Positions 24,361 to 32,000 of a stretch of 32,000 nt of DNA are shown in pieces (within the stretch, counting starts at the first letter, position 1; the number at the start of each line of letters is the position of its first letter). The DNA is from Myxococcota bacterium. GTDB taxonomy: Bacteria; Myxococcota_A; UBA9160; JAFDDA01. The stretch covers positions 4,080,931-4,112,930 of the forward strand of contig OZ245817.1 in assembly GCA_965228475.1 (NCBI GenBank), given 5' to 3'. The notes beneath the pieces were generated by a model that saw only the letters and a list, made by a program, of their open reading frames with translations, was not told the origin of the DNA and did no database searches. A program made the translations under genes and the position numbers.

Positions 24361-27300
24361 GCGGCGCTCTTCGACCCCTCCGGGTGCATGCGTCGGCGCC
24401 GCAGGCGCGCCAGGGCGAGCAGTCCGATCAGCTCGGGGCCGAGCCCGCAGCCCGTGCCTTCCTTGTTCACCGAAGCGTTCGGGCATTGCGGGTCCGGATC
24501 GCTGAAGCCACCGCCGTCGAAATCGGTGAAGCCGTCGCCGTCGTTGTCCAGACCGTCGCTGCAGGCGGGATCCTCGCGAAGCCCGCCCGGGAGGAGGCAG
24601 CCCGGGTCACCCCCGACGTCCGCACGGTAGTCCCCGTCGTTGTCCCGGCCGTCGTCGCACACCATCACGTTCGTGCGCTCGCTCGCGTCGGCCGCGTCGT
24701 CGCAACCCGGATCGATCAGATCCACCCGGCCATCGCCGTCGTTGTCGATGCCATCGTTGCACGCGGTTCCGGCGCCCTCGTAGGCGCAGGCCGCGTCGCA
24801 CACGCCGTCGATCCCGTTCTGGGCGCCGTGGTCGCACCCCTCGCCGTACTCCTGGACCCCGTTCCCGCACACCTCGCGGTCGCAGGCATCCCCGATGCCG
24901 TCGCCATCGATGTCTAGCTGGTCGCCGTTGGCGACGTCCTGGCAGTTGTCGATGGGGTCGGCGAGACCGTCGCCGTCGGCGTCGGCCGCGGTGGCAATCA
25001 CGAGGACGTCGAGGTCGCAGGTCGCACCCGCGTTGCACTGGGCATCGCTATCGCAAGACCCATCCCCGTCCGAGCAACGGCCCCGGGTCACGTAGCGCTG
25101 GCGGCCATCCTCTTCCTCGCGGATCGAGGCGAAGAGTTGCTCCGGGTTCGACTGGTCCGCGACGCAAACCTCGGATGCGGAGCACTCATCGTCCGTCAAG
25201 CACGGGCCGGTGAATTCCTGGCAGGTGAACGTTCCCGGAGAACCAGGCTGAGGTGCACAGAACTGACTACCGCTGCAAGTCACGGGGTTCTCCGGTGCAC
25301 AGATCGTCCCGGTGTCGGAGAGGCAGCCGCCGGGTGGGAAGTAACAGGTGCTCCCTCCGGTGCAGTCGAGATCGCTCGCGCAGCCTTCGCCCGTCGCGGT
25401 GCAGAACCCCCCGATGGCTCCGCCGAGGATGTCGCACGCGTCTCCCATCGGCGCCCCAGCAGCCAAGGCACCGGCGTTGAAGTGCTGGAGCACGAGGCTC
25501 AGAGGCCCCCCGCTCTGGTCCAGGTCGTTTGTCCCCTGCTGCGCCTCGAGGGTGAGGAAGGTGACCTTGTCGCCCAGAACGCGGTAGGGGACACGCGGAT
25601 CGCAGGCTTCGACCGGGCACGGAATCGCCGACTGGTTCGAGTTGTAGGTGCGGCCGGTCGCCAGGTCCATCACGTGGATCACGGCGTCCAGCAGGTCGGC
25701 GTCGGCGACCCCACCGGGAATAGGCGGAACCACGCCGTTGAGATTGACGCCCTCCCCCGCCTCACTGACCCGAAAGGCGATGATCTGCTCACCCAGGACG
25801 AAATCCTCGACTGCGGGGTTGAAGCGCGGTGCGCCAGTTTCGTCGAGGAAGAGAACGGGCTGGCCGGCCCCATCGTAGACGTGCAGCACGCGGTCGAGCT
25901 GATCACCGTCGCCGTTCAGCGCGGCACCTTGGTCAGCCTCCGGGACGGTGAATGCGACGTAGTCACCCCGGGCCTGAACGTCGTCCGCCGCCAGGAAGAG
26001 ACTCTGCCAGGTCGCATCGGTGCCGGTTGCCGTGTCGTTCAGGTGGACGACGAAGTCGTCCATGTCGGCATCGCCGTTGAGGAACAGGCCTTCGCCGGCC
26101 TCGGAGACCAGAGCTGCGACCCACGCGTCCGAAACCGCGACCTGCGATGCCGCCAGGCCGAGGTTGACGGGACTCCCGACCTGCCGGTTCCTCCACAGGT
26201 GGACGACCGAGTCGTCGAAGTCGCTATCGCCATTGAGATCGAGGACCGGATCGGCGGCTTCGTCGCGGAGCCAGACGGCCGTCCCGTCCGCAATCTGCAC
26301 GTCCTCGCCCGGGCCAAGGAAGGCCGCGGCTGGCATCGCGGCCTGGGTGTCGAGAACCGAGAGCAGCACGTCCTCGGCGTCCCCGTCGGAGTTCAGGTCG
26401 GCACCGAGATCGAAGCGATCGACCGTCGAGATCATCAGCGTATCGTTGTCGTTGAAGGGCGCGATGGTGTCCCGCACCACGATGCTGGTGGCATCCGCCG
26501 AGACGGGCATCATCCAGGGCCCATCGGCCAGACCCAGGACCAGCGCGTTCCCCCGGAGGCCGGTCTCGAAATCGGCGGTCTCGATCCCGAAGCGGGTGAA
26601 GCCGACCCGTCGTCCCGATGGATCGAGGCCCAACGCTTGATCGTCGACGACGCCGAGATCCACGATGTCGATGCCGTCCGATTCGTCGAAGACACCGTCC
26701 TCGTCCGCGTCGCGGTCGACGACGATCGCAGCGACGCACGAGGTGAAGGGACACTCACCGTTCGCGAGGAAGCTCACGAAGCGCCCGTCGTCGGAGACGT
26801 CTGTGAGCTCGACGACGTTGCTCACCCCGGGAAGGGGCATGATCGAGGACACGATGGTCGCGGCGGTGATCGTCCCTGGCTCGTCCAACAACCCGTCGTC
26901 GTCGGAGTCGCGGTCGAAGACGACCACTTCCGCGTTCACGTTGAGGAAGGCCGCGATGAATCGACCATCCGGCGTCATCTTGAGCGGCCGATTCGTGGTC
27001 GGCAGACCCAGGCCGGCCTCCGTGCCGAGGTCGATCACGACGTTCGGCGGAGCGATCTCATCGTAGATCCCGTCGCCATCGGGGTCTCGATCGGTGACGA
27101 AGACTCCACCGACGAATCCGCCGCCAACCTCGTTTCCGCGCAGGGCGGCGACGTGGCGCCCATCGGACGAGATCTGCGGAAACACGGTCGCGAAGATCGG
27201 CACCGCGAAGTCGAGCAGCGTGGTCGTCGGCAGCCCGGGGCCGGGCCCCTCGTCGAAGATGCCGTCCTCGTCGGGGTCCCGGTCTCGCACGTAGACGTCG

Positions 27301-29978
27301 AAGTTCCCGTCGACGTCGCCCGGCCCGAGGGATCGCGTCGCGAGAGCGAGATGGCGCCCGTCGTCACTCAGGTCTGCGCCGCCGAAGGTGTAGATGGGGA
27401 ACGGGTCGCAGATGCCGATGCAGCCGATCTCTGCCCCGGTGTCGGAGAGGCTTTGCCTCGTGATCTCGGTGGCGCCGGCCTCGTCCAGGATGCCGTCCGC
27501 GTCGGTGTCGCGATCCAGCACGAAGTGATCGGGGTCGAAGTTGGTGTCCCCAGCGACCAGGTTGTCGGCATCGCTCTCGAAGATCAGGAATCGACCATCG
27601 GGCGTGATGTCCCCCGGGAAGGTCATCGAGTTCGGAGCCGGTTCGGGCGACAGCACGACGGTGCTCCGGACCGCCGAGTCGAGCTCCGAGCTGCGGTAGA
27701 AGAGCAGACCGTCAGAAAGGCGTAGCGGCGCGTCTGCCACCTCCGGGAGGGCGTCGAGTGCCGGGGGCGTGCCCGTCACGAGCGCGACGGGAGACCCAGC
27801 CTCCAGCCGGAAGGCGCGGAGTACGCCATCGACCGTGTCTCCGTCGAGAGTGGAGTCGGAATCGCCCTCGCCGTACTCGGACTCGACCATCGCCAGGACG
27901 TCACCTTCGACGTCGAAGGCCGGGAAGCGGTAGGGGAACACGCGGACCCGCGTGCTTGCACGCCCCGCGGCGCCCGGAGCGCCGATCTCGACGACCTCGC
28001 CCGTTTCGGCGTCGACCATCGAGACGATCGTGGTGTCGTCCTGGTCGCCGTCCAGGTTGAGGTCTGCCGACTCGAGGGGCTCGGACCGGACGAACATGAA
28101 CAGATCGTCGTTGGCGACGAGGCCATCGATCGCTGCCGGGTTCGCTGCCTCGGCCGTGTAGTCGACGCTCGACAGCAGGACCGGGCCCGTCCCCCCCGCG
28201 GAGTAGCGATCGCTGAAGTCGAAGTTCGAGGGTCCGCACTCCCCGCCCGGGCAGGCGCCGTCGCCCGAGCAGACCAACCCGTCCCGGCTTCCGCCGCGGC
28301 AGCGCGCCCGGACGCAGGTCGAAGCCGGGCACTCGAAGTCCGCGATGCAGGCCAGAGCGCCTCGCGGACCACCGGCACACTCCTTGAACTCAGGACTCCG
28401 GCGAAGAACCCGGATCACTCCGATCTCGGCGTCCGTGGAGCCGAACAGGGTGGTGTCGGAACTCTGGGGGTCGGAAATCGGGTTGAACAGCGGATCGACC
28501 CGCAGCCCTTTCTGGGAAAGCGACTGCAGGAAGCGCAACCCGGGTACCTGGATGGGCGCACCGAGTGTCTGATTGACCTCCGGTGGGGTGCCCGTGAACG
28601 CGGCTACGGAGGTACTGACGCTCACGAGCCGGGGAATGGGCAGGGTCCGGGGCTGAACGAGGACCCCGCGCCAGTCCACCGGCACGACGACGTTGCCCTC
28701 TGCATCGGTCGTGAACTGGACGTCGACACCGCTGTTGTTGCAGCTGACGGAAGGATTGGTTGCGGTGCAGATGTCCTGGAAGTCGTTGGGTGCGGGAAGC
28801 GCCGTCAGCCCGGCGAACTGTGGGTGGGCGTTCGCGGCGTCGGTCTCACAGGTCCCGTCCTGCGCGTAGATCTCGTCCGTACACGCGATGAGACCGGCCG
28901 CGGGGCCGAGGTCCGCGCAGCGGTTCGTTGCCAGTTCGCACGGCAACGGACCGCCATCGAAGGTCACCGCGACGGAGACGGGACCGGCGAAGGACGTTGC
29001 CGGGAAGTCCAGAGTCAGCCGATCCGTCGTCGCCGTGATCGCCGGATCCTCGACGCAGGTGGGCATCGGCCCGCCGAGCTCGGCGCCGCAAGCCGCCAGC
29101 TCTGCGGCCATGGCGGCGCAACCCCCGGCGACGGGAGTGACCACCACGGCGTTCGAGGGTCCGGCGGGCGGCTCGAAGACGAAGGTCACCACGTTGGGCG
29201 TGCTCGTCGATTCTTGGAGCGTCAGGTTGTCGATGCCGTAGGAATCGCATGAAGCGTCGCCCAGCTCGCCGAGGATGAGGACGCTGCTGACGTTCGAGAG
29301 CACCTGGTCCCACGTCTCGGCGCCCGCCGCGAGGCTCCAACCGGGCGGCGGACTGCTGCCCGGCGCGACGGGAATGCTGAAGCTCCCCCAGCTCCCGACG
29401 GGAATCGCGTCGATCTCGGCCTGTGAGGGCTCGTACTGGTAGGTGGTTCCAGCTCCGGAAAGGACTCGAACGAGCGGGATCGGCACCGTCAGACGGGCGC
29501 CTCCGCAAAGACTCACGATCTGGTGGTCCCACGCAATGCCGGTGACACCACGCGCGATCCAGTCGCCGTCCCAGCTCGAGGGCGCGCTGACACCGGCGTC
29601 GGTCGTCGGTGCGATGTCCTGGCCGAACACATGGCCATCGGGGTTGCCACCGGGCGATTGCCAGAAGAACAGGTCGTGGAAGCCGCTCACCAACCAGCCC
29701 TCGAGATCCGCCGCGAACGGGCTGACCAGCGGGCTGGGCATGCTGTTCGGGAAACTCGTGCCCGCCTCGCAGCCGGCGGGGGCATCGTCGAGCGAAACCA
29801 CGAGTGGATCGCCGGCGCTCGCGTACACGCGGTTCAGGCTTCCGACGGCGCCGCGGAACTCGGTCTCGGGTTGGGGAATGACGTCGCAATACGACACGGC
29901 GGGGGTCGGCTGGAGGACGAGGACCAGGGCGACCGCCACGGCCGCCCGAAGAGAGGTGGTGCGAACGGAGATCTTCAT
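24357..29978 (-). CDS. Giant secreted acidic Ca-binding-repeat / Cys-rich surface protein, paralog B (1873 aa)
   Basis: ATG 29978 (MKISVRTTSLRAAVAVALVLVLQPTPAVS/YCDV) has GAGGGA 7 nt upstream. It has the same module order as paralog A. The N-terminal about 650 aa and C-terminal about 650 aa align colinearly with many identical blocks. The central blade region has diverged. The tail is GCGLGPELIGLLALARLRRRR. Confidence 0.85.
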   Translation of the reverse strand: MKISVRTTSLRAAVAVALVLVLQPTPAVSYCDVIPQPETEFRGAVGSLNRVYASAGDPLVVSLDDAPAGCEAGTSFPNSMPSPLVSPFAADLEGWLVSGFHDLFFWQSPGGNPDGHVFGQDIAPTTDAGVSAPSSWDGDWIARGVTGIAWDHQIVSLCGGARLTVPIPLVRVLSGAGTTYQYEPSQAEIDAIPVGSWGSFSIPVAPGSSPPPGWSLAAGAETWDQVLSNVSSVLILGELGDASCDSYGIDNLTLQESTSTPNVVTFVFEPPAGPSNAVVVTPVAGGCAAMAAELAACGAELGGPMPTCVEDPAITATTDRLTLDFPATSFAGPVSVAVTFDGGPLPCELATNRCADLGPAAGLIACTDEIYAQDGTCETDAANAHPQFAGLTALPAPNDFQDICTATNPSVSCNNSGVDVQFTTDAEGNVVVPVDWRGVLVQPRTLPIPRLVSVSTSVAAFTGTPPEVNQTLGAPIQVPGLRFLQSLSQKGLRVDPLFNPISDPQSSDTTLFGSTDAEIGVIRVLRRSPEFKECAGGPRGALACIADFECPASTCVRARCRGGSRDGLVCSGDGACPGGECGPSNFDFSDRYSAGGTGPVLLSSVDYTAEAANPAAIDGLVANDDLFMFVRSEPLESADLNLDGDQDDTTIVSMVDAETGEVVEIGAPGAAGRASTRVRVFPYRFPAFDVEGDVLAMVESEYGEGDSDSTLDGDTVDGVLRAFRLEAGSPVALVTGTPPALDALPEVADAPLRLSDGLLFYRSSELDSAVRSTVVLSPEPAPNSMTFPGDITPDGRFLIFESDADNLVAGDTNFDPDHFVLDRDTDADGILDEAGATEITRQSLSDTGAEIGCIGICDPFPIYTFGGADLSDDGRHLALATRSLGPGDVDGNFDVYVRDRDPDEDGIFDEGPGPGLPTTTLLDFAVPIFATVFPQISSDGRHVAALRGNEVGGGFVGGVFVTDRDPDGDGIYDEIAPPNVVIDLGTEAGLGLPTTNRPLKMTPDGRFIAAFLNVNAEVVVFDRDSDDDGLLDEPGTITAATIVSSIMPLPGVSNVVELTDVSDDGRFVSFLANGECPFTSCVAAIVVDRDADEDGVFDESDGIDIVDLGVVDDQALGLDPSGRRVGFTRFGIETADFETGLRGNALVLGLADGPWMMPVSADATSIVVRDTIAPFNDNDTLMISTVDRFDLGADLNSDGDAEDVLLSVLDTQAAMPAAAFLGPGEDVQIADGTAVWLRDEAADPVLDLNGDSDFDDSVVHLWRNRQVGSPVNLGLAASQVAVSDAWVAALVSEAGEGLFLNGDADMDDFVVHLNDTATGTDATWQSLFLAADDVQARGDYVAFTVPEADQGAALNGDGDQLDRVLHVYDGAGQPVLFLDETGAPRFNPAVEDFVLGEQIIAFRVSEAGEGVNLNGVVPPIPGGVADADLLDAVIHVMDLATGRTYNSNQSAIPCPVEACDPRVPYRVLGDKVTFLTLEAQQGTNDLDQSGGPLSLVLQHFNAGALAAGAPMGDACDILGGAIGGFCTATGEGCASDLDCTGGSTCYFPPGGCLSDTGTICAPENPVTCSGSQFCAPQPGSPGTFTCQEFTGPCLTDDECSASEVCVADQSNPEQLFASIREEEDGRQRYVTRGRCSDGDGSCDSDAQCNAGATCDLDVLVIATAADADGDGLADPIDNCQDVANGDQLDIDGDGIGDACDREVCGNGVQEYGEGCDHGAQNGIDGVCDAACAYEGAGTACNDGIDNDGDGRVDLIDPGCDDAADASERTNVMVCDDGRDNDGDYRADVGGDPGCLLPGGLREDPACSDGLDNDGDGFTDFDGGGFSDPDPQCPNASVNKEGTGCGLGPELIGLLALARLRRRRMHPEGSKSAA

Positions 29979-30029
29979 GGTTGCGTCCCTCGTCATGGAC
30001 GGAGCTTCCGCGATCTTCGCCGGTAGCTC

Positions 30030-30045
30030 TGTGAACCACTTCACA
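30030..30045. promoter_or_regulatory. Perfect CRP-type palindrome TGTGA-N6-TCACA upstream of giant paralog B
   Basis: TGTGAACCACTTCACA has both half-sites perfect. Its centre is 59.5 nt upstream of ATG 29978 and it begins 85 nt downstream of the STAND/TPR gene stop. Confidence 0.65.
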
Positions 30046-30129
30046 GGAGACCCGGAAAGTCGGGTCCCCGAAGGAAGAGCGCCCTGGGGCCGCATTGTAC
30101 CTGGGCGCGGGGGTCTCATGGACCGCGGG

Positions 30130-32000
30130 TCAGGCCCGGGGGCCGCGCAGTCCCATTCCGGCTAGTGCACGATCGACCCGCTCGACCTCCGGGAGCATCC
30201 CGAGCGCCTCGGCTTCGGCGCGGGCCCGGAGCCACCAGCGGCGGGCGCCCCGGGCATCGCCGATGAGCGAACGGCGCGTTCCTTCGAGGCGCTGGATCTC
30301 GGGCCGGCGCAGGGCCACCCAGCCTCCGGCGCGCAGCGCTTGCCGGGCGACCCTGCGCGCGAGCTGCCGGTCTCCCCGGCCCTCCGCGAGGGCATCGAGC
30401 TCGCACAGCAGCCGGGAGCGCAGCACGACCGCCTTGTGGAAGGGAGGCACGAAGGCGGTCGCCTCGGAGAGCAGCGACTCCGCGGCGGTCAGGCTGCGCT
30501 CGGCCTCCTCCCGCCGCCCGAGGCCCAGCTGGGCCTTCGCCTTGTTCCCGAGAGCCAGGAGGTTCGGGAGCGGGTCCGGCTGCTCGCTGAAGTGCGCCTC
30601 GGCCGCCTCGATCGCCCGCTCCCATTCTTCCCGCTCGAGCGCCAGGAACGTCTCGAGCGCCCGCACCGTGGCCTTCGCCTGCTCGAACTGGAAGAGTTCG
30701 GCCACATGCTCGAGGCGCGCGATCCCCGTGCGCGCCTCCTCGAACCGGCCCTGCATGATGCGGCGCTCGGTCTGCAGGCCCAGGTAGTTGGTGACGTCGA
30801 AGAGCTGGCCGTCGCGGATCCGGTCCTCGAGGAAGTCGACGGGCAGCTCGTGTGCCGCGCTCCAATCGCCGGCCAGCGTTTGGTGGGTGGCATTCATCAT
30901 GCCGTAGATCATGCGCTCTTCCGGGTCGTCGGCGTCCACGAGTTCCCGGGCCTGGGCGAGGAACCGCTCGCTGATGGCGAAGGAGACGCCGCCGAAGGAG
31001 AAGATCCCGACGCTCGATGCGAACTGTCCGCCGGCGAGCGGAAGCGTGCGCGGGTCGACGTCTCCCAGGCGACGCACGGCGTCCATCCAGTCGAAGAGGT
31101 AGCGGTCCGTCGCGTTCGTCGTCTGCGCGCGCGCGCGCTCGTAGACGAGCTCCTGGATCTGGCGTTCCGTTTCCGTCGCCCCGCGACGCGCCCTCCCGAA
31201 GCGGCGGAAGTAGACGCGGCCGAGGATCAGCGCGAGGTCGCGCACGAGGCGGAGGTTGCGGCGAATCGGCTGCTTCGCTCCGACCACGCCATGGCATTCG
31301 AGCGCCGCGTCGAAGTGGAGGATGGCCTCGGCATAGCGGCCGCGGTTCACGAGAGCCAGGGCCATGTTCCGCTCGAGCAGGCCGAGCTTCTCCGAGCGGT
31401 CTTCCTCACCGTGGAGATTGCGGAACAGGGCGGCGGCGTCCTCGAAGAAACGCAGTGCCTCGTCCGATGCCGCGGAGCGCGCCGCTTCGTCGCCGGCCGC
31501 GAACAGGTGGTGCTCGGCGCGCTCCACGTCCCCCGCACGACTGAAGTGGTGCGCGAGCATCGCGTGGGCACCGGGCTCGTCGCCGTCGAGCCGCGCCTCG
31601 ACGGCGCGGCCCACCTGGCCGTGCAGCTCGCTGCGCCGGCCCTCGAGCATCGAGTCGTAGACGACCTCCTGGATCAAGGGATGCTTGAACTGGAACTCGC
31701 CGGCTCGCCCTTCGCGGCGTTCGATCATCTCCGACGTCTCGAGGCGCGCCAGGTCGCCCTCGACCGCGCGGCCCTCCACATCGGCGAGGACATCGCCCTC
31801 GAAGGCGAAGCCGATCGCCGACGCGACGCGCAGGAGGTCGCGCCCCTCCCGGCCGAGACGGTCCACGCGGGCCATCACGACCTCCTGGAGGGTTCCGGGG
31901 ACGGCGACCTCGTGGATCCGGGGCGTCGCGACGAGTCGGCCGCCGCGCTCTTCGAGCGCGCCGGCGTCCCGCAGGCCGCGGACGACCTCCTCGGCGTAGA
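30130..32000 (-). CDS. C-terminal part of a large STAND/AAA(+)-TPR signalling protein, 5' end beyond window
   Basis: The reading frame is open from nt 31998 (YAEEVVRGLRDAGALEERGGRLVATPRIHEVAVPGTLQEVVMARVDRL). The blocks TLQEVVMARVDRL, FQFKHPLIQEVVYDSML and HAMLAHHFSRAGD are typical of the winged-helix/linker after an AAA_16-type NTPase. About 450 aa of TPR-like helical repeats follow. The N-terminal effector domain is not visible. Confidence 0.75.
   Translation of the reverse strand, partial: YAEEVVRGLRDAGALEERGGRLVATPRIHEVAVPGTLQEVVMARVDRLGREGRDLLRVASAIGFAFEGDVLADVEGRAVEGDLARLETSEMIERREGRAGEFQFKHPLIQEVVYDSMLEGRRSELHGQVGRAVEARLDGDEPGAHAMLAHHFSRAGDVERAEHHLFAAGDEAARSAASDEALRFFEDAAALFRNLHGEEDRSEKLGLLERNMALALVNRGRYAEAILHFDAALECHGVVGAKQPIRRNLRLVRDLALILGRVYFRRFGRARRGATETERQIQELVYERARAQTTNATDRYLFDWMDAVRRLGDVDPRTLPLAGGQFASSVGIFSFGGVSFAISERFLAQARELVDADDPEERMIYGMMNATHQTLAGDWSAAHELPVDFLEDRIRDGQLFDVTNYLGLQTERRIMQGRFEEARTGIARLEHVAELFQFEQAKATVRALETFLALEREEWERAIEAAEAHFSEQPDPLPNLLALGNKAKAQLGLGRREEAERSLTAAESLLSEATAFVPPFHKAVVLRSRLLCELDALAEGRGDRQLARRVARQALRAGGWVALRRPEIQRLEGTRRSLIGDARGARRWWLRARAEAEALGMLPEVERVDRALAGMGLRGPRA

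Larger units (their letters stand above)
18542..30132 (-). repeat. Tandem direct duplication of an approximately 5.8-kb unit (promoter + giant gene + first ~25 nt of the methyltransferase gene)
   Basis: Unit A is 18542 to about 24311 and unit B is 24336 to about 30132 (offsets 5794 at the 3' ends, 5820-5830 at the 5' ends). An approximately 24-nt non-homologous junction lies at 24312-24335. Homology is visible by eye in the 3' kb of the genes, the 5' third, the leader (gcgtccctc.tcatggacggagcttccgc), the CRP box and upstream GTACAAT.CGGCC and GGACC....GTCAG blocks. Confidence 0.85.

Noticed and set aside
19040-27725. Long antisense ORFs inside the giant genes (19040..22702 plus, 1220 aa; 25137..27725 plus, 862 aa; 19812..21047, 21276..22577 and others)
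   Set aside because: These are typical high-GC shadow ORFs: Arg/Val/Asp/Gly-rich, no domains, fully nested in well-supported genes, and lacking the third-position GC pattern of the true frame.
1-32000. Search for tRNA/rRNA genes, CRISPR repeats, IS elements, integrases and att-like flanking repeats
   Set aside because: The intergenic regions are short (mostly under 280 nt) and none shows cloverleaf-compatible structure, regularly spaced repeats or transposase/integrase-like ORFs. The only large repeat is the tandem gene duplication.

Overview
Very GC-rich bacterial chromosomal segment (GC not computed; real frames show almost exclusively G/C at codon third positions). I can support about 20 protein-coding genes. 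I recognised no rRNA, tRNA, CRISPR array, transposase or integrase. Positions 1-15.6 kb hold an ordinary mix of metabolic and envelope genes: a GH20-like hydrolase fragment, an EEP-family phosphoesterase, a MenB/BadI-type crotonase, a PP2C phosphatase, a 981-aa secreted beta-propeller protein with a CXXCH haem motif, an acyl-CoA synthetase, an MFS transporter whose start overlaps the folC stop, a small Cys-rich basic protein, an NRDE-family protein, a patatin-like phospholipase, and a lipoprotein with eight EF-hand-like repeats. The stand-out is a 14.5-kb minus-strand cluster (15627-30045). It contains two tandemly duplicated giant (1861 and 1873 aa) secreted, acidic, Ca-binding-repeat, Cys-rich surface proteins whose C-terminal tail has a Gly-Cys / short hydrophobic / Arg-cluster layout typical of sorting signals. 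These are followed, with overlapping stop/start codons, by a CFA-synthase-family SAM methyltransferase, a small 4-TM membrane protein and the first of two tandem Crp/Fnr-family cyclic-nucleotide-binding regulators. Perfect or near-perfect CRP-type palindromes (TGTGA-N6-TCACA) lie about 60 nt upstream of both giant genes and 30-55 nt upstream of the distal crp gene. This suggests a self-contained, cyclic-nucleotide-controlled and possibly autoregulated surface-protein module. The tandem duplication left a mappable scar: a 16-codon remnant of the methyltransferase 5' end. A STAND/AAA-TPR type signalling gene runs off the right edge. The Cys-rich repeat types and the tail suggest a Myxococcota-like origin (inference). 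All functional calls come from motif recognition by eye; no database search or computation was possible.
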